The notes beneath the pieces are model-generated. The model had not been told where the DNA came from. It did not search any database and was given only the letters and a program-made list of their open reading frames with translations. A program made the translations under genes and the position numbers. This document shows, piece by piece, positions 22,924-33,647 of a stretch of DNA of 64,000 nt. The stretch lies in contig CAXXLL010000003.1 in assembly GCA_963662545.2 (NCBI GenBank), positions 832,001-896,000 of the forward strand. Reading direction: 5' to 3'. Numbering within the stretch: the first letter of the stretch is position 1; each line of letters starts with the position of its first letter. This stretch comes from Gammaproteobacteria bacterium (GTDB lineage: Bacteria; Pseudomonadota; Gammaproteobacteria; Ga0077536).

Positions 22924-24180
22924 ATGAATCTGACTGAACTCAAGCAAAAACCCGCGTCCGAACTCGTAAATATAGCGGACGACATGGGCCTCGACGGTGT
23001 CGCCCGTGCACGTAAGCAGGACGTCATATTCGGCATCCTCAAAGCGCACGCCAAGAAAGGGGAAGATATCTCCGGCGACGGCGTGCTCGAAATCCTGCAG
23101 GATGGTTTCGGATTTCTGCGCTCGGCTGATTGTTCCTATCTGGCCGGACCGGACGACATCTACGTGTCGCCGAGCCAGATTCGCAGATTCAGTCTCCGAA
23201 CCGGCGACACAATCTCCGGCAAAATCCGGCCGCCGAAAGACGGCGAGCGGTACTTCGCACTGTTGAAAGTGGGTGAAATCAACTTCGAGCCGCCGGAAAA
23301 CGCAAAGAACAAGGTTTTATTCGAAAATCTAACACCGCTGTTTCCACAGGAGCGTCTTAAGCTCGAACTCGGAAATGGCAGCACTGAGGATTTGACACCC
23401 AGGATCATCGACCTGGCGTCGCCGATCGGAAGAGGCCAGCGCGGTCTGGTGATCTCACCGCCCAAGGCCGGTAAAACGATGATGCTGCAGGGTATTGCCC
23501 ATTCAATCGAGATCAATCATCCCGATTGCTTTCTCATCGTGTTGCTCATCGACGAACGTCCTGAAGAAGTTACGGAAATGCAGCGCTCGGTACGCGGTGA
23601 AGTAGTCTCGAGTACCTTCGACGAACCCGCCAGCCGCCACGTGCAGGTGGCGGAAATGGTCATCGAGAAAGCCAAGCGCCTGGTCGAGCACAAGCGCGAC
23701 GTAGTCATCGTGCTGGATTCGATCACGCGGCTGGCCCGCGCCTACAACACAGTCGTTCCTTCGTCGGGTAAGGTGCTGACGGGCGGTGTCGATGCGAATG
23801 CGCTGCAGCGCCCGAAGCGCTTTTTCGGCGCAGCGAGAAACATTGAGGAAGGCGGCAGCTTGACGATCATGGCCACGGCACTCGTCGATACGGGTTCGCG
23901 CATGGATGACGTCATCTACGAAGAGTTCAAGGGCACGGGCAACATGGAAATTCATCTCGATCGCAAGATCTCCGAGAAGCGAGTATTCCCGGCCGTCAAC
24001 ATCAATCGCTCTGGTACCCGGAAAGAAGAAATCTTAACCAGGCCCGATGAACTTCAGAAAATTTGGATCTTGCGGAAATTGCTCCATCCGATGGAAGAAG
24101 TCACCGCGATGGAATTCCTGATTGAGAGGCTGAAAGCCACCAAAACCAATGCCGAATTCTTCGACGCGATGAAGCGCTGA
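22924..24180 (+). CDS. rho: Transcription termination factor Rho
   Basis: [31 protein letters not shown]. Confidence 0.99.
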   Translation: MNLTELKQKPASELVNIADDMGLDGVARARKQDVIFGILKAHAKKGEDISGDGVLEILQDGFGFLRSADCSYLAGPDDIYVSPSQIRRFSLRTGDTISGKIRPPKDGERYFALLKVGEINFEPPENAKNKVLFENLTPLFPQERLKLELGNGSTEDLTPRIIDLASPIGRGQRGLVISPPKAGKTMMLQGIAHSIEINHPDCFLIVLLIDERPEEVTEMQRSVRGEVVSSTFDEPASRHVQVAEMVIEKAKRLVEHKRDVVIVLDSITRLARAYNTVVPSSGKVLTGGVDANALQRPKRFFGAARNIEEGGSLTIMATALVDTGSRMDDVIYEEFKGTGNMEIHLDRKISEKRVFPAVNINRSGTRKEEILTRPDELQKIWILRKLLHPMEEVTAMEFLIERLKATKTNAEFFDAMKR

Positions 24181-24203
24181 GCGCGTAGAATCTAGGGAAC
24201 CTT

Positions 24204-25626
24204 CATAGGTTAGTTCTTAAGCGGCCGCATGAACATGCTGAAGGCCGAGCTTGAGTCGTCCCGAAATGCAATCGCGGTCAGGTTTTGCGCGCTGAGCGTT
24301 GCTGGCCAAATAGCGCAACGCGTGTTCGAGCGGTCGGTGTAAAGAGCGGGGCCGATGGATAAGCGTATGGAGAATGGGACCGAGCACGTGATGAATGCAC
24401 TTGGCCGCGGTATGAGTCGAGATGGCGACGTTCAACCAGCGCTCGGTGACATGAGCGCAATAGCGCTGCAGCGTTGCGGCGCATAGTGCGGCCCAGATAA
24501 GCCCTTCGGCGATGTGCGGGTTGGCGGTATCAAAGGCGTGTAGATTGGCGTAAGACTTCCACTCTTTGAATAGCAGCTCGACCTGCCAGCGTAATCGATA
24601 CGCGTCGCTAATATGCTCGGGCGTAAAGGTGGTGGCGTCGAGATTGGTGATGAGATAACGAGGTGCTGCACCTTTTTTAAGGTTGGGGTGCACGACTAAA
24701 CGACAGGTCCAGGGTCCCTGCACGCCGTCGAATTGCACGACCATGTCGAGGCAATCGAAGCGCTTTAAGGTCGATGCCACCGCTTTCAATCGCTGCTTGT
24801 CAAAGCGTTTGACCCGCCGCCCATCGGCGCGACGAGCGGCAACGATCAGCGGATTGATACCTTGACCCGCGCGCACGATGAAATAGCCGCCGGCGGTGTC
24901 GAGCGCTTCAAAGTAAGGCCGCGCGAAGTAGCCACGGTCGGCCAGCAGCAAACCACCAGCGACCTCTTCAACGGCCGGCAAGAACTGCCGCTCTGCTGAG
25001 CTGTCAGGGCTGAGTACGACCTCGTTCAGGGTCTCACTGAGCAGGTCGAGATCGGCATGGAGCTCTACCGCGGCGGGACTCACGGTCGTGAAGCGACCGG
25101 GAAAGCTGTCCTTCAGCGCCGGTTTTAACGCAAACGAGGTGCCGTCCTGGATGCGGATGTGGTCAAACTGCGCAAATGGGCTGTTGGGTTCGAATCGGAG
25201 GACATCGCAGGCCAGGCCATTGAGCAATTCGCTTAGCAGCGCTTGCATAAACATCGGAAACTGTTTTTTGGCGAGCTGATTATGAAACGGTTTGTAGCGC
25301 ACCGTGGTCGAGCACAGCGCATTGAAAGCGCGTTGAATATCAGCGATACAGCTCGCTGAGTGCCCGGCGAAGCTTTCGATTAGGCTTACCGCTAAACGGA
25401 ACGGCGTGACCTCCCTTTCTCGGCGACAGAATCGCGTTGCACGCCCCAAGTCGTTGAGCGTACGCTCGCCTAGCGTGCGTTTTAACTGCCGGCTCACTGT
25501 GCTAATTTCGCTGTGCTTCATCCGATACTCCCAGATCACGAAGTCGATTGGTGTTGATTTCATGATCTGATCGGATGGAGCGCTTTTGGTTCCCTCTTTT
25601 CAACGGCTTATAAGATCCGACCTATG
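24204..25626 (-). mobile_element. Complete IS4-family insertion sequence (1423 bp)
   Basis: TIRs CATAGGTTAGTTCTTA vs CATAGGTCGGATCTTA (13/16); 10-bp target site duplication (TSD) AGGGAACCTT at 24194-24203 and 25627-25636. Confidence 0.92.
24217..25563 (-). CDS. IS4-family transposase
   Basis: DDE residues IQDGT, LADRGY and YRLRWQVELLFKEWK (YREK motif). Confidence 0.93.
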   Translation of the reverse strand: MKSTPIDFVIWEYRMKHSEISTVSRQLKRTLGERTLNDLGRATRFCRREREVTPFRLAVSLIESFAGHSASCIADIQRAFNALCSTTVRYKPFHNQLAKKQFPMFMQALLSELLNGLACDVLRFEPNSPFAQFDHIRIQDGTSFALKPALKDSFPGRFTTVSPAAVELHADLDLLSETLNEVVLSPDSSAERQFLPAVEEVAGGLLLADRGYFARPYFEALDTAGGYFIVRAGQGINPLIVAARRADGRRVKRFDKQRLKAVASTLKRFDCLDMVVQFDGVQGPWTCRLVVHPNLKKGAAPRYLITNLDATTFTPEHISDAYRLRWQVELLFKEWKSYANLHAFDTANPHIAEGLIWAALCAATLQRYCAHVTERWLNVAISTHTAAKCIHHVLGPILHTLIHRPRSLHRPLEHALRYLASNAQRAKPDRDCISGRLKLGLQHVHAAA

Positions 25627-25658
25627 AGGGAACCTTAACTTTATATCTTTTATCTAAA

Positions 25659-26256
25659 CGGCTGCCATCCATGGCGGTACGTTCCCGGCTTCGTTGTGCT
25701 CCAGCCCGACCATCCCTGGTCGGTCGTTCGCTCCTGCCCGAGCAGTGCTCGGGCTCGACGCTTCGCGTCGACCGTCACTCACGGACTTTGATGGGGTCGC
25801 CATCTTAATGGTTCAGCGGCTGCCATCCATGGCGGTACGTTCCCGACTTCGTTGTGCTCCAGCCCGACCATCCCTGGTCGGTCGTTCGCTCCTGCCCGAG
25901 CAGTGCTCGGGCTCGACGCTTCGCGTCGACCGTCGCTCACGGACTTTGATGGGGTCGCCATCCTATTTGTTCAGCGGCTGCCATCCATGGCGGTACGTTC
26001 CCGACTTCGTTGCGCTCCAGCCCGACCATCCCTGGTCGGTCGTTCGCTCCTGCCCGAGCAGTGCTCGGGCTCGACGCTTCGCGTCGACCGTCGCTCACGG
26101 ACTTTGATGGGGTCGCCATCCTATTTGTTCAGCGGCTGCCATCCATGGCGGTACGTTCCCGACTTCGTTGTGCTCCAGCCCGACCATCCCTGGTCGGTCG
26201 TTCGCTCCTGCCCGAGCAGTGCTCGGGCTCGACGCTTCGCGTCGACCGTCGCTCAC
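25659..26256. repeat. Tandem array of a 158-bp multi-hairpin unit, about 3.8 copies
   Basis: Units start at 25659, 25817, 25975 and 26133 (CGGCTGCCATCCATGGCGG...) and are nearly identical. Confidence 0.95.
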
Positions 26257-26597
26257 CCCGGTGGCCAGCCGAACTTTCTCCCGCCGAGCACGTGGATATG
26301 CAGATGAAACACGCTCTGCCCCACCGCAGCACCATTGTTTACGACCAGACGAAAAGCGTCGGCATACCCTTCAGTCGTCGCAATTTCGCCGCATTTCACC
26401 AGCAAATGGCCCAGCAAACCGGCATCGTCTTCGTCGGCCTCGACTACAGTTGGAATGGGTTTTTTGGGGCACACCAGAATGTGCATGGGTGCTTGCGGGT
26501 TGACGTCCCTGAAGGCGATGCAGCGCTCGTCCTCAAAGAGGATATCGGCCGGTATCTCGCGCGCGATGATCTTTTCAAAGAGCGTCATTTCAGACAT
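26253..26597 (-). CDS. hinT: Histidine triad nucleotide-binding protein
   Basis: TLFEKIIAREIPA, GQSVFHLHIHVLGGR, WPPG terminus. Confidence 0.93.
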   Translation of the reverse strand: MSEMTLFEKIIAREIPADILFEDERCIAFRDVNPQAPMHILVCPKKPIPTVVEADEDDAGLLGHLLVKCGEIATTEGYADAFRLVVNNGAAVGQSVFHLHIHVLGGRKFGWPPG

Positions 26598-27174
26598 ACG
26601 AACGGCCTCCTCTATGCGGGATCAGGACCGCCTGTTGTCCTTCGCGCACGATATCGCCGAGATGGAGTCCAAAGTCGTTTTTCTTGCGATCACTAAAAAA
26701 AAACTCGAGGGTGTGCGTAATCGTAGGAAAGGCCAGCTCCGACCATGGGATTTCCTGTTCATGATAGAGCTTGCATTCCAGACTTTCGCTGCCGGGAGAA
26801 AATTCCAGGGTGGGCAAAACCGCGTTAAACATCATATAGACCTGATTGATCTGCGGAAGATTGAAAACCGCGAACAAATCCAGAATTTCGACCTGCGTGG
26901 ACGCCTCCTCCAGAGTTTCACGTGCCGCCGCTTCCACGGTCGTCTCGCCGTTCTCCATGAAGCCGGCCGGGAGAGTCCACCATCCATAACGCGGCTCTAT
27001 CGCGCGCTTACACAACAGCACTTGATCGCCCCAGATGGGGATGCAGCCGGCGACAATTTTCGGATTTTCGTAGAAGATCTCTCCGCATGCTTCGCAAACG
27101 TGGCGCTGACGGTTGTCATCATCCGGAATCCGCCACGCCATGCGATCCGAACCGCACTTACTGCAGAAATTCAA
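26590..27174 (-). CDS. NUDIX hydrolase with N-terminal zinc ribbon
   Basis: TTG start overlapping the tesA stop; NFCSKCG..CEACG, GFMENGETTVEAAARETLEEA. Confidence 0.88.
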   Translation of the reverse strand: MNFCSKCGSDRMAWRIPDDDNRQRHVCEACGEIFYENPKIVAGCIPIWGDQVLLCKRAIEPRYGWWTLPAGFMENGETTVEAAARETLEEASTQVEILDLFAVFNLPQINQVYMMFNAVLPTLEFSPGSESLECKLYHEQEIPWSELAFPTITHTLEFFFSDRKKNDFGLHLGDIVREGQQAVLIPHRGGRSYV

Positions 27175-27800
27175 AAAAACTCTTCCAACCCGCCGCTGGA
27201 ATCGATCGCTTCGTGGATCGAAGGCCATAAGGTATCGAGGATAAGCGGCTGGAATTCCGCCGTCGGGTGCAGCCCGTCAGCTTGAAACGCATTCTGGTTG
27301 GCCGCAAATTGCTTGAGCATGAATGGTGCATATAGGATTTCTTGATCGGCACCCAGTTGATCGAAGATCTCCTCGAATGCATCCGTGTAACGCGGTCCGT
27401 AATTGGGCGGAATGCGCACCTTGACCAAGACCACTGACGCTCCGACGAGTTTTGCGGCATCGATGGCCTGCGTAAGGTTTTTCTTGATTTCGGCGACCTT
27501 GATGCCGCGCAATCCGTCGTTTGCGCCGAGGGCGATGACTACCGTGCCGGGATTGTGCTTTACGATCAGGCTGCCGAGGCGACGGGCACCGCCCCTGGTT
27601 GTATCACCACTGATACTGGCATTCACGACCTGTTGTCGATAGCCTTCTTCGTGCATTCGTTTCTGCAACAGGCTGGGCCAGCTTTCTTCAATACTGATTC
27701 CGTAACCGGCACTCAAACTGTCACCCAGTATTAATATCGGTTTTTTGTCGGCCGCGGCCGCCGCGAATCCTATTCCCCAGATCAGCAAAAATACAAACAT
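27171..27800 (-). CDS. tesA: GDSL arylesterase / acyl-CoA thioesterase I
   Basis: Signal peptide, GDSLSAGYG, NASISGDTT, GANDG, DGLHP. Confidence 0.9.
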   Translation of the reverse strand: MFVFLLIWGIGFAAAAADKKPILILGDSLSAGYGISIEESWPSLLQKRMHEEGYRQQVVNASISGDTTRGGARRLGSLIVKHNPGTVVIALGANDGLRGIKVAEIKKNLTQAIDAAKLVGASVVLVKVRIPPNYGPRYTDAFEEIFDQLGADQEILYAPFMLKQFAANQNAFQADGLHPTAEFQPLILDTLWPSIHEAIDSSGGLEEFF

Positions 27801-27819
27801 GAACGACCTAGGCGACGAT

Positions 27820-28491
27820 ATGGGCCACTTGATCATCGATGCGGCGGGTGTATCCAAGGTGGTCAGCGCTCCAAACGGTAAATTACGCATCCTCGATGAT
27901 ATCAATTTTGCCGTCAGGCCTCGCGAACGAGTTGCCATAACGGGCGTCTCGGGCTCGGGAAAATCGACCATGTTGGGTTTACTGGCGGGCCTCGATATCG
28001 CGTCCGAGGGTTGTGTTCGGGTGCTCGATCATTCGCTGTCGGAAATGAGCGAAGACGAAAGAGCCCTGCTCCGCCGGCACCATATCGGGTTCGTATTCCA
28101 GGCATTTCACCTGATCAGCAGTTTTACGGCGGTCGAAAACGTGATGCTACCGCTCGAACTTAAAGGTGAACCCGACGCTTTAGACAAGGCCCATCGGATG
28201 CTGGAACGCGTTGGGCTCTCCGAACGAGCGCGACACTTTCCCCGGCAAATGTCCGGCGGCGAACAACAACGCGTCGCCCTCGCGCGGGCATTCTGCACGT
28301 TTCCGGACATTTTGTTCGCGGATGAACCGACGGGAAACCTCGATGCAAAAACTGCGAACACGGTGGTGGATCTATTGTTTGATCTCAACGCAGAATTCGG
28401 CACCACATTGATCGTCGTGACGCATGACAGTCATCTCGCCGAGCGCTGCGATTGGCGAATAAGCCTGGCTGGTGGACGGATTCTTGCCTGA
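27820..28491 (+). CDS. ABC transporter ATP-binding protein (YbbA-like)
   Basis: GVSGSGKST, MSGGEQQRVA, DEPTGNLD; divergent from tesA. Confidence 0.88.
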   Translation: MGHLIIDAAGVSKVVSAPNGKLRILDDINFAVRPRERVAITGVSGSGKSTMLGLLAGLDIASEGCVRVLDHSLSEMSEDERALLRRHHIGFVFQAFHLISSFTAVENVMLPLELKGEPDALDKAHRMLERVGLSERARHFPRQMSGGEQQRVALARAFCTFPDILFADEPTGNLDAKTANTVVDLLFDLNAEFGTTLIVVTHDSHLAERCDWRISLAGGRILA

Positions 28492-31003
28492 CACTCCCGC
28501 ATTGCCGCAACGCGGCCGCGTTTATATCGCGCAGCTTGCTTGGCGCCTGCTACTGCGAGATCTCGCAAGCGGCCGCCTGTTCATCATGCTACTTGCGAGC
28601 TTGATTGCAGTCGCCAGTACCGTTTCTGTAAATCTCCTGGTCACACGGGTCGAGCAGGTACTGGTAGCCGAATCGAGCGCGCTGCTTGCCGCGGATATCG
28701 CCATCGTGACTAACGATCCGCCTCCGCCGCGCTACGAACAAGATGCACGCGCCCTCGGTCTCGACACAGCCCGTATTGCGAGCATGAGAAGCGTAGTCAC
28801 ACACGAAGATAAATTGGAACTGGTCCGACTCAAAGCGGTTGATTCGAACTATCCGCTACGCGGGCGCCTCGACGTTGCCGAAAAGCCGTTTGCAGCGTCG
28901 ACGCGTGTCGATAGCGGCCCCGAAAGAGGAGAAGCATGGGCCGACACCAAGCTGTTCCAGCTACTCGGCGCCGAAATCGGCGACAAGGTAATGGTAGGCA
29001 GGATGCCGTTGCAACTGTCGAAGCTTGTGGTACTCGAACCTGATCGCGGAGGCGACCTTTTTTCCATCGCGCCGCGCCTGTTGATGCATCAAGACGATCT
29101 CAAGGAGACGGGACTCATTGTTGCAGGAAGCCGCGTACATTACAGAACTCTGATAGCCGGGCCGGCCGCTACGGTTTCGCGCTATCGCGACGGCCTCGAT
29201 CTACCGCCCGGCCACACTGTACTCGATCCCCGTACCGCACGTCCGGAAATGCGCTCGGCGTTCACGCAGGCCGAACGTTTCCTCGCGTTGGCGGCGTTCT
29301 CGGGCGTGCTGCTCGCGACCATAGGCATCGCGCTGGCCGCGTACAGCTATAGCGAACACCATGAAACAACCACCGCGATCGTCAAGACGCTCGGCCTCAC
29401 GCAGCGCGAAGTAAGCACCCTGTTCTTTTTCGAACTCGTTTACCTGGCGCTGCTGGCGACTTCTCTCGGTGACGCGCTTGCGTACTTCGTACATGGATTC
29501 CTGATCGATCAATTCTCGCCCAACATCATTGCGTCCGGCGTCGGCATACCGTTGATTCCGCTTCTGCACGGCGGCCTGATCGCTGTAGTCGCATTGGTCG
29601 GGTTCGGACTGCCGAGCTTGATGCGGCTCAGCGAGATTCCGGTGATGGCCATACTCGCGCGAGATCGAGTCGCGGTAACGCGCCCCGCCCTCGCGACCGC
29701 CGCCGCGATGCTGGGATCGATTCTGCTCATCGCGCCCTGGCATGTCGGGAACCCGAATCTCATCGCGCTGACTCTCTCGGGCATGCTGGGGTCGGCGGTC
29801 GTACTCGCCGCCGGGGCTTACGTCATGGTTCGACTCATGGGCCGCCTGCGCGGGCGCACCAGCATGACTTGGCGCTTCGGCCTGGCAAACATCGCAAGGC
29901 GCGCGCGACTCAGCGTGCTGCAGAGCACCGCCGTGGGCCTTGGCATTGCCATCATTCTGCTTCTGGGGCTCGTCCGTGACGAACTCATGCAGCAATGGTC
30001 CGAACGCCTGCCGCCGGACGCACCCAATCATTTTCTGATCAACGTACAGGGTGACGAAGTTTCATCTTTAACGGCGTTTCTTCGAGGCCGGGGCCTCGGC
30101 GCAACGCGCTTCTACCCAATGGTGCGCGGACGCCTTACCTCGATCAACGGCCGCGCGGTCGATGCTGAAGATTATCCCGAGCCGCGCGCCCGTCGTCTGG
30201 TCGATCGAGAATTCAACTTGTCCTGGGCAGAAACGATGAAACCGGACAACCGGCTGGTCGCCGGGCGATGGTGGAACGACGCGGTCGCCGACGGCGAATT
30301 ATCCGTTGAGGAAGGGATTGCGGAAACCCTGGGTATCGCGCTTGGCGACGTTCTTGTCTTCACAGTTGCGGGAAATCCCGTCAAGGGGCTGGTCGCCAGT
30401 CTCCGCCACGTTGATTGGGACAATTTCGAGGTCAATTTCTTCGTGGTTGCGAATTCCGCCCTTCTACAGGGTGAGCCGGCGACCTACATTACGAGTTTTC
30501 GCCTGCCTCAGGCGCGCCAATCACTCATGGGCGAACTCGTCACCCGCTATCCGAGCGTTACCGTAATAGACGTCGATGCCTTGATGCGGCAGGTGCGGAA
30601 CGTGATGGACCGCGTCTCGGGTGCGCTGATGGGGGTTTTTCTATTCGCTTTGGGCGCCGGCCTCCTGGTCCTTGCGGCCGCGGTACAGGCGAGTCAACGC
30701 GAACGCGCATTGGACACCGTGCTGCTTAAAACCCTGGGGGCCTCACACAGCTTCATTCGTCGCACGATGCTGCTCGAGTTAACCCTGCTCGGATTGCTCG
30801 CCGGCTGCGTCGCGAGCTTCGGTGCGATCGGAACAGGCTGGATACTTGCGCAAACCGTGCTGGATATTCCTTACCATCCTGGCTGGCGCATCCCGGCTCT
30901 CGGCCTTGTAGGGGGTGTCGCCGGCGTCACCCTCGTTGGCATGACGGTGCTCGGCAAGGTGCTGCGACAACCGGTCATGAGCGGCCTGCGCGAGTCCTTT
31001 TGA
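28472..31003 (+). CDS. FtsX-like ABC permease (YbbP-like)
   Basis: Two TM clusters, LKAVDSNYPLRG, PNHFLINVQ, REFNLSW. Confidence 0.88.
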   Translation: MDGFLPDTPALPQRGRVYIAQLAWRLLLRDLASGRLFIMLLASLIAVASTVSVNLLVTRVEQVLVAESSALLAADIAIVTNDPPPPRYEQDARALGLDTARIASMRSVVTHEDKLELVRLKAVDSNYPLRGRLDVAEKPFAASTRVDSGPERGEAWADTKLFQLLGAEIGDKVMVGRMPLQLSKLVVLEPDRGGDLFSIAPRLLMHQDDLKETGLIVAGSRVHYRTLIAGPAATVSRYRDGLDLPPGHTVLDPRTARPEMRSAFTQAERFLALAAFSGVLLATIGIALAAYSYSEHHETTTAIVKTLGLTQREVSTLFFFELVYLALLATSLGDALAYFVHGFLIDQFSPNIIASGVGIPLIPLLHGGLIAVVALVGFGLPSLMRLSEIPVMAILARDRVAVTRPALATAAAMLGSILLIAPWHVGNPNLIALTLSGMLGSAVVLAAGAYVMVRLMGRLRGRTSMTWRFGLANIARRARLSVLQSTAVGLGIAIILLLGLVRDELMQQWSERLPPDAPNHFLINVQGDEVSSLTAFLRGRGLGATRFYPMVRGRLTSINGRAVDAEDYPEPRARRLVDREFNLSWAETMKPDNRLVAGRWWNDAVADGELSVEEGIAETLGIALGDVLVFTVAGNPVKGLVASLRHVDWDNFEVNFFVVANSALLQGEPATYITSFRLPQARQSLMGELVTRYPSVTVIDVDALMRQVRNVMDRVSGALMGVFLFALGAGLLVLAAAVQASQRERALDTVLLKTLGASHSFIRRTMLLELTLLGLLAGCVASFGAIGTGWILAQTVLDIPYHPGWRIPALGLVGGVAGVTLVGMTVLGKVLRQPVMSGLRESF

Positions 31004-31005
31004 AC

Positions 31006-31371
31006 CTACTCCAGCCTTTCATCATCTTCCGCAGACCACGGGGGACTCACGATTGCGATGAACCGCAGCAGGGTGTCGTCGATATTTTCTATCCACTGCT
31101 CGGCGCCGCTCGGGATCAATACCGCATCACCGCTCGCCAGTTCACGCGTATCCTCCCCGATATGCATGCGCCCACGACCTGCGAGGACGTAGTAGACTTC
31201 GGTCTGTCGCAGGCGGTGGCGGTAACTGCGTTCGCCCGGGTCGACTTCAGCGACGGCGAACGAATACGGCAGTTCGACGGCGTCATTCTTCGCATGCAGC
31301 AGCTCGAAAATCCGGCACCCATCGTTGGCGATCAGAGGCGGACAGGCGGCGAAAGACTTGATCAGCATCAT
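31006..31371 (-). CDS. Cupin domain protein
   Basis: HRLRQTEVYYVLAGRG and GDAVLIP motifs. Confidence 0.8.
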   Translation of the reverse strand: MMLIKSFAACPPLIANDGCRIFELLHAKNDAVELPYSFAVAEVDPGERSYRHRLRQTEVYYVLAGRGRMHIGEDTRELASGDAVLIPSGAEQWIENIDDTLLRFIAIVSPPWSAEDDERLE

Positions 31372-31425
31372 CGTTTCCTTGGATTGGACGCACTCCGTCG
31401 ATCATAGCCTCTACGCCGGCACCTG

Positions 31426-32535
31426 ATGTCCCAATTGTCCGCCGCCCCCGCTTTCGAGCACGGCCGCAAACCGCGGATCGGCGTGTTGCTGTGTAACGTC
31501 GGCACGCCAGAGGCGCCGACTAGATCCGCGGTTCGACGTTATCTCGCGGAATTCTTGAGCGATCCCCGCATCGTCGAGCTACCGCGCATACTTTGGCTGC
31601 CGGTACTCTATGGGATCATCCTCAACACGAGACCACGGCGTTCGGCTGCTGCGTACGCGTCCATCTGGGAATCCGAAGGCTCTCCTCTGCTCACTGCCTC
31701 ACGGCGGCTTTGCGCGGCGCTCGAACAACGCGTTAAATCTGATCTGGGGGACGGTGTGGCTTTCGCATTGGGCATGCGCTATGGCCATCCGTCGATAGCC
31801 GCCGGCCTCGAGCAACTGATTGCAGCCGACACCCGGCGCATTCTGATCGTCCCCTTGTACCCGCAATACGCATCGGCGACGACGGGCTCGGTCTACGACG
31901 CTGTGCTGGCTTATTGCCGTGGCCTGCGCTGGGTTCCGGAACTCCGCTTCATCAATGAATATCACACGGACTCGCGATACATCAGCGCCCTTGCCGAGTC
32001 CGTTTCCGAATTCTGGTCGACTCACGGGCGCTGCGAGCGCCTGTTGATGTCGTTTCACGGCATTCCCCGCGACACTTTTCTCGCCGGCGATCCCTATTAT
32101 TGCCAGTGTCAGGCTACCGGCCGCCTGCTGGCCGAACACTTGGAATTCGACTCGACTGCTTGGTCGTTAAGCTTTCAGTCCCGGCTCGGGCCCAAAACCT
32201 GGCTGGAACCCTACACGGACGTGACGCTCGTGGATTGGGCGCGCGGCGGTCTCGCCAAGGTCGATGTCATCTGTCCGGGCTTTTCCGTCGACTGCCTCGA
32301 AACGCTCGAGGAGATCGCCATGCGCTACGCCGCATTGTTTCAGCAGGCGGGCGGGCAGAAACTTCGATATATCCCTGCCTTGAACGATCGGGCAGAGCAC
32401 GTCTCGGCGCTGGCGGGCATCATCTCGGACCATCTGTCCGGCTGGCTCGGCGCGAAGGCGCAAACCGACGGTGAGGAGGAAACCGAACGCCGCGCCGCGG
32501 CGGAGCGCGCGCGCGCGGCGGGCGCGACGCGTTGA
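31426..32535 (+). CDS. hemH: Ferrochelatase
   Basis: NVGTP, PLYPQY, SFHGIP, FQSRLG, DCLETLEEI. Confidence 0.96.
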   Translation: MSQLSAAPAFEHGRKPRIGVLLCNVGTPEAPTRSAVRRYLAEFLSDPRIVELPRILWLPVLYGIILNTRPRRSAAAYASIWESEGSPLLTASRRLCAALEQRVKSDLGDGVAFALGMRYGHPSIAAGLEQLIAADTRRILIVPLYPQYASATTGSVYDAVLAYCRGLRWVPELRFINEYHTDSRYISALAESVSEFWSTHGRCERLLMSFHGIPRDTFLAGDPYYCQCQATGRLLAEHLEFDSTAWSLSFQSRLGPKTWLEPYTDVTLVDWARGGLAKVDVICPGFSVDCLETLEEIAMRYAALFQQAGGQKLRYIPALNDRAEHVSALAGIISDHLSGWLGAKAQTDGEEETERRAAAERARAAGATR

Positions 32536-32581
32536 CTGGCCCGCGTATTGCACGAAAGCGCCCGAATCCAGGTAGGTGGGA

Positions 32582-33001
32582 TCAGCCGTCACCGACGATC
32601 GTGACGACGACCACGCGCCGATGCGGACGTGTGCGGTGCTCCCACAAGTAAATACCCTGCCAGGTCCCAAGCTCGAGACGGCCCCGGCGTACCGGCAGCG
32701 TCAGGTCGCTCTGGGTCAACACGCTGCGTACGTGGGCGGGCATATCATCGGGCCCTTCGGCATCGTGACGGAAAAGCGTATCCCCATCCGGAACCAGTCG
32801 CTGCATGAATCGTTCGAGATCATGCAGTACCTCGGAGTCGGCATTTTCACAAAGGATGAGCGAAGCGCTGGTGTGCCGGATCGCGATCGAGCATAACCCG
32901 ATCTCGATACGCGAGCCGCTTACGAGCGATTCAAGTTGGCGGGTCAATTCGATAAAACCCCGTCCCGGCGTTTGAATCTCTATTTCATCACTTGCAACCA
33001 T
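32582..33001 (-). CDS. yjbQ: YjbQ/UPF0047 family protein
   Basis: HTSASL, EGPDDMPAH, LGTWQGIYLWEH. Confidence 0.9.
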   Translation of the reverse strand: MVASDEIEIQTPGRGFIELTRQLESLVSGSRIEIGLCSIAIRHTSASLILCENADSEVLHDLERFMQRLVPDGDTLFRHDAEGPDDMPAHVRSVLTQSDLTLPVRRGRLELGTWQGIYLWEHRTRPHRRVVVVTIVGDG

Positions 33002-33060
33002 GCGTGCCTGCTCCCGGTAGTTTCCTCAATAAACGGGGAAGTCCTTTTTCGACCAGGCGC

Positions 33061-33630
33061 TTACTCGATCCGATCGACCAAGGCATCGACCGGCTTGCGA
33101 TGTTGTTCGCTTATCGTGGCAGGCCATCCGTACCAGAACATACCAACAACGGTCTCGCGTTCTCGCACAATCCCCGCGGCCTCGTAGAACGCATCCAGAA
33201 CGACCACGGCCCCAGTCGTCCATTTTGCGCCAGCGCCTACGGCCCACAGGTAAAGCATCATGTTCTGCGCCGCACAGCAGCAAGCCGCGTAGTCTTCACG
33301 CGCGCGAACGGCATCGTCGCTGTTTACGCAGGTCAAAATTAGCCATCCCGGCATCGCCAGCCAGCGTTTGAGTTTGATTTCGGCGGCGCGTTCGCCGCGG
33401 GATTCGCGCACGAGCTCGGCATTGAGTCTAGCGATTCGAGCGCACGCTTTGTCTCCTAAAAGGTAAAAATGCCAGGGTTCGGTACGATGGTGATTGGGCG
33501 CCCAGCGCGCTGCGTCGATCGCGCGCAGGATCAACGCCTCGGGTACCGGCTCGGGCTTAAACTCGTGCACGGTTCTACGACCGCATAGGACCCGATAAAC
33601 CTCCCCGGCGTCGGCCGCAACATGGTTCAT
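33061..33630 (-). CDS. Nitroreductase family protein
   Basis: RRTVHEF, WAPNHHRTEPWHF, AAQNMML, KWTTG. Confidence 0.85.
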   Translation of the reverse strand: MNHVAADAGEVYRVLCGRRTVHEFKPEPVPEALILRAIDAARWAPNHHRTEPWHFYLLGDKACARIARLNAELVRESRGERAAEIKLKRWLAMPGWLILTCVNSDDAVRAREDYAACCCAAQNMMLYLWAVGAGAKWTTGAVVVLDAFYEAAGIVRERETVVGMFWYGWPATISEQHRKPVDALVDRIE

Positions 33631-33647
33631 CGAAGAAGAATTTTTTG

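Noticed and set aside
24192-24203. IS4 target as a remnant MITE-B end (CTAGGGAACCT)
   Set aside because: The match is only about 10 nt and no MITE interior follows the empty site.
25659-26256. CRISPR array
   Set aside because: Units repeat in full with no unique spacers, the 158-bp period is too long, and no cas genes are present.
25694-26696. ORFs spanning the tandem repeat
   Set aside because: They are repetitive translations of a 158-bp (non-triplet) unit and partly antisense to hinT.
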